Positions 16,660 through 25,471 of a DNA stretch of 64,000 nucleotides are shown one piece after another. Every line of letters begins with the position of its first letter. Position 1 is the first letter of the stretch. Made by a program: the position numbers and the translations under genes. The stretch comes from Vicinamibacterales bacterium (GTDB taxonomy: Bacteria; Acidobacteriota; Vicinamibacteria; Vicinamibacterales; UBA8438), in NCBI GenBank assembly GCA_965202655.1, contig CBDBBK010000001.1, positions 1,461,627 to 1,525,626 on the forward strand, given 5' to 3'. Under the pieces are notes generated by a model that saw nothing but the letters and a program-made list of their open reading frames with translations, was not told the DNA's origin and searched no databases.

Positions 16660-18900
16660 CTATCTGGCGAGCGGGTCGGGCCGAAGCTGGAAGTGCACCA
16701 TCTTGCTCTTGGTGCCCTTGCCGCCTTCGGTGTGCCAGATGTAGTTGGAGCCGTAGTTGGCCCAGAGGCCGCGGCCCTTCCACCCGGCGTTCGGGTCGTC
16801 GATCCGGCCGTCGAGACCGCGGGAGTAGAACGCCATCGGGTACGGCACCCGCAGGATGGTCCACTCGCCGGTCTCCGGGTCGAGCGCCAACAGCGAATCG
16901 GACGACGATCCGTTCGCAATCGGCACGTTCTCCCCGAGGCCCAGGGTGTTGTACTGGTCGACCCAACTGTAGTAGTGGAAGTCGGCGCTACCCGGCGTGT
17001 CGACCCCTTCCATCTGCGGGCCCGGCACGGTGTAGAGCGTCCAACCCTCGGCGCACTGCTGCCCGGTCGCATCCGGACCGTTCATCGTCGTGCACTTCGT
17101 GCGGTCGAAGCTGGCCATCTGGCTGCTGCCGGAAAGCGCCGTCCAGATGACGCCGTTCCGGTCGACGTCGATCCCGCGCGGCGCGAAGCCGGTCTGGCTC
17201 GCGTCGACGTTCGGGTTCTCGACGGAGGGCGGCTCGTAGACCTCCGCGATGCAGGTCTCCGGCGGATTGTCGCCCCGGTCGAGGCGGACCAGCCGGCCCG
17301 GGAACGGCCCGGTGCGGGTGATCCAGATCGAATCGTCCGACGGGTGCGCGATGATGCCGTAACCGAAGCCGACGATCCGCGTGTCGAGGCTCGGGTCGAT
17401 CTCGACCTCGCCCCGGCGGTTCGGCTCGTTCCACGGCTTGGTGATCTTGCCGTCGCCGTTGGTGTCGATGACGGTCGGGCACCAGCCCTGCGAGAACTGC
17501 TCGTCACCCGTCTCGTCGTACAGCTTCGTGTCGATCCAGCCGATGGAGTTGCTGTCGCCGCTGAACCAGAGGGTGTCGTTCTCATCCTCGCCGAACTGCA
17601 GGTGGTGAGTCCCGAAGCAGGTGTCCACGAGGACGAAGTTCTCCGTCTCCGGGTCGTAGTACGACGCCTGCCGGCCGCTCTGGTTCAGCGGGAAGTACTC
17701 GGCGTACTTGTTGTCCGACCCTTCCCGGCACCAGTCGGGATTCGGGCGGGCGCGAACGGTCGACGTCATCCAGACGCGGCCGTCCTGGTCCATCATCGGG
17801 TTGTGCGGGTCGGACGAGTTCTCGTTGCCGTCCGGGCCGCCCCGGCCCCAGAGGAGCTGATCGCCCCAGTAGTACGACGGCTGGAGCTGCTCCTGCGGGA
17901 AGCGCGACGGGACCGAGTTCGGATCCGCCGGCCGCACCGGAATCGGCAGCTCGACGGCGGAGTTCTCGACCGGGTCGACGATCGTCAGGCTGCCGTGGCC
18001 CGCCGATACGCCGTAGACCGGCCCGCCGCCGTTGACGGTCGGGTTCCGCTTGTCGGTCGTGATCTCGTCGTGGATGAAGGAGCTGTCCGTCCCCCAGTCC
18101 CAGAGCGTGACCACGAGGTTCTGCTCCATGCCGTCCGGACGCGGCGGCCGCGGCGGCGTCTCGCCGGCGGCGATCCGGTCCGTCCAGTCCGCGAACATCT
18201 CGAGCGCGCGACCGCGGCCCATGCGGCTCATCGCCGCGCTCATCGCGGTGCCGCGCTGTCCCGTCTGCACCCGGTGATCCCAGGCGGCGACGGTCGAGTC
18301 GAAGTCGTCGACGTGCTGCACGACGCGGGTCGCCGTGTTGCCGAGCTGGTGACAGAGCTGGCAGCCCTGCTTCATCACGTCGAGCCAGTGCTGCTGCGTC
18401 CGCATGTTCTCGGCGATACCGTTCCCGTCCGGCCCGGTGCCCGGGAACTCGCTCGCCGGCGGCGGCTTGATGAGCGAGTACCAGTAGTTACCCGGGTAGT
18501 ACTGCGCCGCCGCCTGCTCGTTCGGCGCGATGACCGCTTCGAGCGTGACGTCGTCGCTGGAGGGTGACAGCTTCACCTTCTCCGAGTCGACCAGCCCGTA
18601 GCCGCGGACCCAGACGTCGTAGGTGGCGTCCGGCAACTGCGGCAGGACGAAGCGGCCGTCATCGGCGGTGACGACGATCTTGGCGAACCTCGTCTCCAGT
18701 TCTTCCGTCTCGGCGATGACCCAGACGCCTCCTTCCGGGCCGTTGCTGCTCTCGACGACACCGCTGATGTAGCCCTCGGCCATCTGCGCGGTCTCCTCGG
18801 CGGACGGCATCGCCCCGAAAAGGGCAATGGCGCCAACGAGGGCCACGCTGACGGCTCCGAGCCGCAGCGAGCGCCATGGCGTGTATGTGCGCGCGTTCAT
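16660..18900 (-). CDS. exported protein: carboxypeptidase-regulatory-like domain + single c-type heme site + large beta-propeller-like region
   Basis: Start moved to ATG 18900 (AGGAGG 6 nt upstream; MNARTYTPWRSLRLGAVSVALVGAIALFGA). YISGVVESSNGPEGGVWVIAE...DGRFVLPQLPDATYDVWVRGYG. CQLCHQLGN. Repeated segments such as GFAPRGIDVDRNGVIWTALSGS. Confidence 0.65.
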   Translation of the reverse strand: MNARTYTPWRSLRLGAVSVALVGAIALFGAMPSAEETAQMAEGYISGVVESSNGPEGGVWVIAETEELETRFAKIVVTADDGRFVLPQLPDATYDVWVRGYGLVDSEKVKLSPSSDDVTLEAVIAPNEQAAAQYYPGNYWYSLIKPPPASEFPGTGPDGNGIAENMRTQQHWLDVMKQGCQLCHQLGNTATRVVQHVDDFDSTVAAWDHRVQTGQRGTAMSAAMSRMGRGRALEMFADWTDRIAAGETPPRPPRPDGMEQNLVVTLWDWGTDSSFIHDEITTDKRNPTVNGGGPVYGVSAGHGSLTIVDPVENSAVELPIPVRPADPNSVPSRFPQEQLQPSYYWGDQLLWGRGGPDGNENSSDPHNPMMDQDGRVWMTSTVRARPNPDWCREGSDNKYAEYFPLNQSGRQASYYDPETENFVLVDTCFGTHHLQFGEDENDTLWFSGDSNSIGWIDTKLYDETGDEQFSQGWCPTVIDTNGDGKITKPWNEPNRRGEVEIDPSLDTRIVGFGYGIIAHPSDDSIWITRTGPFPGRLVRLDRGDNPPETCIAEVYEPPSVENPNVDASQTGFAPRGIDVDRNGVIWTALSGSSQMASFDRTKCTTMNGPDATGQQCAEGWTLYTVPGPQMEGVDTPGSADFHYYSWVDQYNTLGLGENVPIANGSSSDSLLALDPETGEWTILRVPYPMAFYSRGLDGRIDDPNAGWKGRGLWANYGSNYIWHTEGGKGTKSKMVHFQLRPDPLAR

Positions 18901-19062
18901 GTGTCTCCTCCTGAGTCCCCGTCCGTCCCGTAGCGTGTCGTTCGGTCTCTCGTAGCGTCTTCGTAAAAGCGTATTCGGCAAGGCGCGATTATGGATCGGT
19001 TTCGGTCGATTGTCCCGTCCTGTTTATTCCTCCGTGATCGCCCCGGTGATCTTCCCGGCCGC

Positions 19063-20541
19063 CTACTGCTCCTGCTGCTCCGCCAGCGCCAGCCGTTCAG
19101 CCGGGGAAAGATCCTCCGGCCGCCGGGTTCCGGCGGCGGGGTCGGCGCCCAGGTCGAGCAGCAGCTCCACCAGCGCCGGATGCCGGTTGAACGTGTTGGG
19201 ATAGAAAACACCCTGGGCAACAGAGAGGGCCGACCAGCCCTTCTCGTTCACGGCGTCGATGTTCGCCCCTTTCTCCACCAGGAAGCGGACGATGTTGTCC
19301 GCGCCGCGGTGGATCGCGCCGTGAAGCGCCGCGTCGCCGTTCACGTCGACGGCGTTCACGTCGTTCCCCAGCTCCCAGGCCAGCTCGACGGCCGCAAGGG
19401 CTTCCTCGTTGGTGCCGGGGTTCTCGCCGATCTTCCAGATGCCCACGCCGGCCGCCGCCATCAGCGGCGTCGCACCCTCCTCGGTGGTGATGGACGGGTC
19501 GGCGCCGAGGTCGACCAGCAACTGCATCATCTCGATGTCGGCCACCTTCGCCGCCTGCAGGAACGCCGTCGAGCCAATCCGGTTCAGCACGTTGCGGTTG
19601 CCGTCGCGCGGCTCCTGCGTCTGGCGCGCGTCCAGATCGGCTCCCGCCGCGGCGAGCGCGCGCACCATGTCAAAGGCGTCGAGATCGCCCAGCGGCACCG
19701 GAAACGGAGGATTCCGGCCCAGGTTCGGACGGCGGGTCCAGACCACCTGATGGAGGGCGGTCCAGCCGTTCCCGGCCGCGTTCGGATCGGCGCCCTCGTC
19801 GAGCAGCGCCTCGGCGAAGTCGTACTGCGCGTTGTAGACGGCGAGCACGAGGGCGCTCATGCCCCGCTCGGGCAGAACGTCGTCGACGTCTGCGCCGGCG
19901 CGCACGAGCGGGGCAAGCACATCCACATGGCCTTCGCGCGCCGCGAAGAGCACCGGTGTGAAGCCCCGTGCGGAGCGGGCAGTCGGGTCCGCGCCCGCGT
20001 CGAGCAGCCGTTCGACCGACGCGACCTGGTTCTGCGCCGCCGCCCACATCAACGCGGTCTGGCCGCGCCACTCCTCGACCGCATCGACCCCGGCGCCATG
20101 CGCCAGCAGGGCGTCGATGGCCTCGCCGTTCCCGGTCCGCGCCGCGGTCATCAGCGGCGTCTCCCCTTCCGGGTTGGCGCGGTTCGGGTCGGCCCCCGCT
20201 TCGAGCAGGCGGGTGATCATCGGGGTGCTCCCGTTGAGCGAGGCGAGCGCGAGCGGCGTGACGCCGTAGCGGTTCGTCGCGTCGACCGCCGAACCGGCAT
20301 CGAGCAGCAGTTGTGCGATGGCGAGATGGTCGTGGTGAGCCGCCCAGTGAAGCGCGGTCGTTCCGTCCGCCTCCGCCGCGCCGGCCACAACGCCGTCCGC
20401 CAGCAGACTCCGCACCGCCTCCGCGTCACCCGCCTTGACCGCGTCGACGAGCGGCGCATCGACCGCGCGCGCCGCAACGGCGGCGGGCGCCGAAGCCAGC
20501 GCGAGAGCGAGAACGACGAGGGCGGCGGCCGCGTTGCGCAT
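19063..20541 (-). CDS. exported ankyrin-repeat protein (triad copy A)
   Basis: Signal peptide MRNAAAALVVLALALASAPAAVA. More than 10 ANK-like repeats (DGTTALHWAAHHDHLAIAQLLLDAGSAVDATNRYGVTPLALA...). The start shares one base with the DUF1552 stop. Confidence 0.85.
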   Translation of the reverse strand: MRNAAAALVVLALALASAPAAVAARAVDAPLVDAVKAGDAEAVRSLLADGVVAGAAEADGTTALHWAAHHDHLAIAQLLLDAGSAVDATNRYGVTPLALASLNGSTPMITRLLEAGADPNRANPEGETPLMTAARTGNGEAIDALLAHGAGVDAVEEWRGQTALMWAAAQNQVASVERLLDAGADPTARSARGFTPVLFAAREGHVDVLAPLVRAGADVDDVLPERGMSALVLAVYNAQYDFAEALLDEGADPNAAGNGWTALHQVVWTRRPNLGRNPPFPVPLGDLDAFDMVRALAAAGADLDARQTQEPRDGNRNVLNRIGSTAFLQAAKVADIEMMQLLVDLGADPSITTEEGATPLMAAAGVGIWKIGENPGTNEEALAAVELAWELGNDVNAVDVNGDAALHGAIHRGADNIVRFLVEKGANIDAVNEKGWSALSVAQGVFYPNTFNRHPALVELLLDLGADPAAGTRRPEDLSPAERLALAEQQEQ

Positions 20542-21896
20542 CAGACGCTCGCGAGCGTTTCCATCGGCAGGCGGCCAGTGCTGTCGCCCAGGTCGTCCAC
20601 GGGGACTCCCGCCTTGTCGAGCATGCTGACGAGCAGGTTGGTCATCGGGGTCTCGCCCTCGTACTTCAGGTGGCGGCCGCCCTTGAGGGTGCCGGCGCCG
20701 CCTCCCGCGAGGATCAGCGGCAGGTCCAGGTGCGAGTGCTGGTCGCCGTCGCTGATGCCGCCGCCGTAGAGGATCATCGACTGATCGAGCAGTGTGCCGT
20801 CACCGTCCGGCGTCGCCGCCAGCTTCTCGAGGAAGCCGGCGAGCAGGCCCACCTGGTAGGTGTTGATCATGGCGTATTTCTCGAGCCGCTCGGCGTCCAT
20901 CTGGTGATGCGACATCGCGTGATGCGGATCGGGCACGCCGATCTCCGGGAAGCTCTGGGCGGTCTGCTCCCGGCCGATCAGGAAGGTGAAGACCCGCGTG
21001 ATGTCGGCCTGGAAGGCCAGTGCCTGCAGGTCGAACATCAGCCTCGCGTGTTCGTCGAACGACTCCGGAATGCCGACCGGCCGCTCGAGGACTTCCGGCA
21101 GGGCGGCGTCCGACTGCGCTTCGGCGCGCGAGATGCGGCGTTCGATTTCCCGCACCGCCTCCAGGTACTGGGTGACGCGGGACCGATCCGCGGCGCCGAG
21201 GCTGCGGTCGAGCCGCACCATGTCCTCCCGCACCGCGTCGAGGATGCTCCGGTCGTCCTGAAGCCGGGCGACGCGCTGCTCCTCCGTGCCTCCCTCTCCG
21301 AACAGCCGTTCGAAGACGACGCGCGGATTGTGCTCCATCGGGAGCGGCGTCGTGGGCGTCCGCCACGAGAACGTATTGGTATAGACGCAGGAATAGCCGT
21401 TGTCGCAGTTCCCCACGACGTAGCTGTTCTCGAGAGCCAGCTCGAGCGACGGCAGCGGCGTGTCCTGGCCCAGCGTGGCGGCGGCGATCTGGTCCGCCGT
21501 CGTGCCCGCGCGGACGTCCGCGCCCTCGGTCCGCTTCGGGTGGACGCCGTTCAGCCAGACCGCGCTCGCCCGCGAGTGCTCGCCGTTCCCGTCACCCCAC
21601 GCCTCCGCCTGCCGGTGATCCAGACCCGTCGGGATGACGACCTGATCGCGGACGTTGGCGAGCGGCTGGAGGCTGCGCGACAACTCGAGCGCGCCGCCGT
21701 CGCCCGGCGGCGTCCACTCCGCCATGTTGGCGCCGTTCGGGATGTAGATGAAGCCGAGGCGCGGCGATCGCTTCGCGGCCGTGCGCGCCAGCGCGGTGCC
21801 GGCCGGCACCATCGCGTCGAGCAGCGGCAGCGCCAGCGTCGCGCCTACCCCGCGCAGGAAGGTCCGGCGGGGCAAGGACATCTTCTTGATGATCAT
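20541..21896 (-). CDS. DUF1552 domain protein with twin-arginine signal (triad copy A)
   Basis: MIIKKMSLPRRTFLRGVGATLALPLLDAM. GDGNGEHSRASAVWLNGVHP. ITRVFTFLIGRE. ATGA overlap with the upstream gene. Confidence 0.8.
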   Translation of the reverse strand: MIIKKMSLPRRTFLRGVGATLALPLLDAMVPAGTALARTAAKRSPRLGFIYIPNGANMAEWTPPGDGGALELSRSLQPLANVRDQVVIPTGLDHRQAEAWGDGNGEHSRASAVWLNGVHPKRTEGADVRAGTTADQIAAATLGQDTPLPSLELALENSYVVGNCDNGYSCVYTNTFSWRTPTTPLPMEHNPRVVFERLFGEGGTEEQRVARLQDDRSILDAVREDMVRLDRSLGAADRSRVTQYLEAVREIERRISRAEAQSDAALPEVLERPVGIPESFDEHARLMFDLQALAFQADITRVFTFLIGREQTAQSFPEIGVPDPHHAMSHHQMDAERLEKYAMINTYQVGLLAGFLEKLAATPDGDGTLLDQSMILYGGGISDGDQHSHLDLPLILAGGGAGTLKGGRHLKYEGETPMTNLLVSMLDKAGVPVDDLGDSTGRLPMETLASV

Positions 21897-24298
21897 GACG
21901 GCGTTCTCCTCATCTGGAACGGCGCGCTCCGAACGATCCCCTTGATGAGCGTCGACAGCCGGTAGTCGTCAGCCGCAGCTTCCCGGACAATCGCCCGCAC
22001 GGTGGGGGCGTCATAGTACTCCACTCCACGCCCGAGGGCGTAGGTCAGCAGCTTCTCGGTAACGGTCGTGACGAAGCGGTCGGGGTGGCGCAGCAGCGCC
22101 TCCTTCAACTCGCCCGGCCCGTCGAACGCGGAGCCGTCGGGCAGTTCTCCGGAGGCGTCGATCCTCTGCTTCGTTTCGCTCCGGTCGCGCCAGCGCCCGA
22201 CGGCGTCGAAGTTCTCCAGCGACAGGCCGACCGGATCCATCAGGCGATGACAGCTTGCGCAGACCGGGTTGGCGCGGTGCTGGGCCATCGCCTCGCGCAT
22301 CGAGAGGGCCTCTCCCCCCTCCGCCGTCTCCAGTTCCGGCACGTTCGGCGGCGGCGGCGGTGGTGGGGTTCCGAGGATGTTCTCGAGCACCCACTTGCCG
22401 CGGTTCACCGGGGAAGTGCGGTTGGCGTACGAGGTGACGGTCAGGATGCTGCCGTGACCGAGCAGGCCGCCGCGCGCCGGCTCGTCGAGCACGACGCGGC
22501 GGAAGTGGCTGCCCCGGACTCCCGGTATGCCGTAGTGCCGGGCGAGCCGCTCGTTGACGAACGTGTAGTCGGCCGCGAGCAGGTCGAGGATGCTCCGGTT
22601 CTCGCGCAGCACGCTGTCGAAGAGCAGCTCGGTCTCACGGCGGAACGCCTGGCGGAGCCTCTCGCCGAAATCGGGGAAAACGTCCTCGTCCGGCTGCACG
22701 GCGGCGGCGTTCCGCAGCGTCAGCCACTGACCCGCGAAGTTGCTCGTGAGGGCGTCCGAACGCGGATCGGCGAGCATCCGCGCCACCTGCGCGTCGAATG
22801 TCGCTTCATTACCCAGCTCTCTCCGCTCGGCGAGGTCGAGAAGCTCGTCGTCCGGGATGCTGCTCCAGAGGAAGAACGACAGGCGCGACGCCAGCTCGAG
22901 GTCGCTGATGCGGTAGTTGGCGTCCGCCGCCGCGCCCTCCGGGTCCCGCTCGACGCGGAAGAGGAACTCCGGGCTGACCAGCAGCCGGCGGATCGCCATC
23001 TCGATGCCGGTGTCGAAGCTGCCGCCGTCGCGGCCGCGCTCGTAGAAGTCGACCAGACGGTCCACGTCCTCACCGTCGACCGGCCGGCGGAACGCGCGCC
23101 GCGCGAGGGTCGAGAGGATGTCCCGCGCGCACGCGACCTCCTCGTCGGCCGTCGCTCCGGTGGTGGGCCGGCACGTCAGGATCCGCGCGCGGCTCGGCGT
23201 CTCGTCGACCGGGCGCGCACCGCTCGATTCGTACGGCCCGGCGATCGTCACGCTCTCCACGTAGGGCTGATAGCGCGAATCCCCGCCGGATCCCTCGCCG
23301 GTGAACGGCCGGAGGTAGAGCTTGCGGATCCCTTCCGGCTCGGCCGATGTCTTGCGAAGGAACGCGACTCCCACTTCGTGCGGTCCCGCGGTGACCGGGA
23401 CGCGAACCTCCAGCGTTTCGATCTCCGGCACGTAGAGGCCGCGCGGATCGTTCTCGTCGGGCGACTTGCCGACGGTCAGCAACTCGATCCGTTCACCGTC
23501 GATCGTGATTTCGAGGTCGTGCGGCTCGATGCGCAACGGCCCGTCCGGCAGCACCTCGATGACGTACTCGGCGTCTTCCGGGAAGTTGTACTCGACCACC
23601 AGGCCGCCCCGCGTGCCGAACGGGAGGCCTTCCATCCGGACGTCCTGCCCGAGGTCGGACGCGACGCGGAAGGTCTCGGCGGTAGGTGACGGCACGGGCG
23701 ACGCCACCGCGAGGCGGCTCACCTTGCGCGCCGCCGAGAGGTACCGATCCATGAGCGTCGGCGAGACGCCAAGCACGCCGGCGATGTTGTCGAAGCCGTA
23801 GCTCGTGTCGTCCGCCGGCAGCAGATCGTCGACGTTCACGTCGAGGGCCAGCAGGTCGCGGACGGCGTTGCGGTACTCGGTGCGGCTGAGCCGATGGAAC
23901 GTCTCGGTCCGCCCCGGGTTCGGATCGGCGGCGGCCGCAGCGTCGAGTTCGCCTTCCAGCCAGGCGCGAAACGCGTTGTAGGTGGCGTCGTCCGGACGCG
24001 GCCGGGGACGGGGCGGCATGGCGCCCGCACGCAGTTTCCGGACCACCTTTTCCCACTGCGCGGGATGCGCCGCCACGTCCGCCGCGTCGACCGTCTCGAG
24101 CGAGAAGCCACCGGTCTCCAGGCGGTCGTTGTGGCAGGTGACGCAGTAACGGTTGAGCAGCGCCTGCTGATCGAACTCGACCGGGGCGCCGGACGCGCCC
24201 GAGGCCTGGGGGGACGGCGTGGCCGGCGCAGCCACCGTCAGGACGACGGCGACACCAACTGCCGCCGCCACGAATGCGAGTCGCGCGCTTCTCGGCAT
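21893..24298 (-). CDS. DUF1587/DUF1592/DUF1595/DUF1588/DUF1585 multidomain protein with N-terminal c-type heme site (triad copy A)
   Basis: Start set at ATG 24298 (MPRSARLAFVAAAVGVAVVLTVAA). YCVTCHNDRL, FHRLSRTEYRNAVRDLLALDV, LASRLSFFLWSSIPDDELL, NFAGQWL and VCASCHRLMDPVGLSLENFDAVGRWR. Confidence 0.8.
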   Translation of the reverse strand: MPRSARLAFVAAAVGVAVVLTVAAPATPSPQASGASGAPVEFDQQALLNRYCVTCHNDRLETGGFSLETVDAADVAAHPAQWEKVVRKLRAGAMPPRPRPRPDDATYNAFRAWLEGELDAAAAADPNPGRTETFHRLSRTEYRNAVRDLLALDVNVDDLLPADDTSYGFDNIAGVLGVSPTLMDRYLSAARKVSRLAVASPVPSPTAETFRVASDLGQDVRMEGLPFGTRGGLVVEYNFPEDAEYVIEVLPDGPLRIEPHDLEITIDGERIELLTVGKSPDENDPRGLYVPEIETLEVRVPVTAGPHEVGVAFLRKTSAEPEGIRKLYLRPFTGEGSGGDSRYQPYVESVTIAGPYESSGARPVDETPSRARILTCRPTTGATADEEVACARDILSTLARRAFRRPVDGEDVDRLVDFYERGRDGGSFDTGIEMAIRRLLVSPEFLFRVERDPEGAAADANYRISDLELASRLSFFLWSSIPDDELLDLAERRELGNEATFDAQVARMLADPRSDALTSNFAGQWLTLRNAAAVQPDEDVFPDFGERLRQAFRRETELLFDSVLRENRSILDLLAADYTFVNERLARHYGIPGVRGSHFRRVVLDEPARGGLLGHGSILTVTSYANRTSPVNRGKWVLENILGTPPPPPPPNVPELETAEGGEALSMREAMAQHRANPVCASCHRLMDPVGLSLENFDAVGRWRDRSETKQRIDASGELPDGSAFDGPGELKEALLRHPDRFVTTVTEKLLTYALGRGVEYYDAPTVRAIVREAAADDYRLSTLIKGIVRSAPFQMRRTPS

Positions 24299-24441
24299 CT
24301 GAGGCCCCGGACGAGGGGCGCGCGGCGACGCGCAAACCTCGCCCACCCAGGAAAATCGACCCATTCTGAATCGAAGCACGGAGGTGTGTCAATCGGTGTC
24401 CGAGTGCGGTAGCATGGCCCGGAATCGAGGTTTCAGGAGGG

Positions 24442-25425
24442 ATGTCCATGGCTCCGACCAGACGACGGTTCCTGACGACGATGGGCGCGGCGGCGGCCGG
24501 TGCGGGCGTGGCGCGGAGTGCGAAAGCGGCCGAGGCGCTGCAGTCCGACCCCCGGATGCCCAGCCAGGCGGAGATGGAAGCGATCTATGCGGATCGCCGC
24601 AACTGGGGGCGCTGGGGCGCTGACGATCAGAAGGGCGCCGTCAACCTGGTGACGGCGGAGAAGAGCGCCGCGGCGGCCCGCCTGGTCCGGAACGGACGGC
24701 GCGTCTCGATGAGCCGCGTCTTCGAGCCGGAACAGCACTTCATCCGGAAGAGCCCGCGCCCGAGCGGCGCCGGCGCCTGCGTGGACTATCTCGGCTTCAT
24801 CTATCACGGCCAGACCGTCACCCACATCGACGCCCTCTGCCACATGTGGGACGTCGACGGGATGTGGGGCGGGCGCGACCCGGGCGAGGGCGTGACGACG
24901 CAGGGGGCGCAGTGGGGCGCCATCGACGCCTGGAAGGACGGCATCGTGACGAAGGGCGTCCTGCTCGACGTGCCGCGCCACCGGGGCGAACCGTACGTCG
25001 AACCCGGCAGCCCGGTGCATGGCTGGGAGCTGGAGGAGATTGTCGAGTCGGAGGGGGTGAACGTCGAGCCGGGCGATGCCCTGCTCGTCTACAGCGGCAA
25101 GGACGCGTTCGTCCGGGCCGGCGGGGAGTACGCGGGAGGCGACCGTCCCGGGCTGAGCGCGACGTGTGCGAAGTTCATCCGCGACCATGACGTCGCCCTG
25201 CTCGGCTGGGACATGATGGACGCGCGGCCCGACCCCTTCAACCTGGCGTTCCCGGTGCATGGCGTGCTGTTCAACTTCGGCGTCGCCCTGCTCGACAACG
25301 CGCTGCTCGAGCCGCTCGCCGGCGCGTGCGCCGAGGAGGGCCGCTACGAGTTCATGTTCATGGGCCTGCCGCTCAACGTCGCGCGCGGCACCGGCAGTCC
25401 CACGAACCCGATCGCGATGTTCTAG
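24442..25425 (+). CDS. putative cyclase family protein (kynurenine formamidase-like) with Tat signal
   Basis: MSMAPTRRRFLTTMGAAAAGAGVARSAKA; GQTVTHIDALCHM. AGGAGG spacing favours the second ATG at 24448 as the true start. Confidence 0.6.
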   Translation: MSMAPTRRRFLTTMGAAAAGAGVARSAKAAEALQSDPRMPSQAEMEAIYADRRNWGRWGADDQKGAVNLVTAEKSAAAARLVRNGRRVSMSRVFEPEQHFIRKSPRPSGAGACVDYLGFIYHGQTVTHIDALCHMWDVDGMWGGRDPGEGVTTQGAQWGAIDAWKDGIVTKGVLLDVPRHRGEPYVEPGSPVHGWELEEIVESEGVNVEPGDALLVYSGKDAFVRAGGEYAGGDRPGLSATCAKFIRDHDVALLGWDMMDARPDPFNLAFPVHGVLFNFGVALLDNALLEPLAGACAEEGRYEFMFMGLPLNVARGTGSPTNPIAMF

Positions 25426-25471
25426 CGCGCCCTGGCGGGCGCGTCCGGCGCAAGCTCCTGGGAGGAAACCG

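Noticed and set aside
24433-24450. Similar initiation contexts GGAGGGATGTCCATGG (24433-24450, cyclase) and GGAGGTGTGTCCATGG (40707-40722, DUF1553 protein), both giving 'MSM' N-termini.
   Set aside because: The shared stretch is only ~9 nt, is dominated by the Shine-Dalgarno and start codon, and is plausibly chance. It was used only to prefer the second ATG as the start in both genes.
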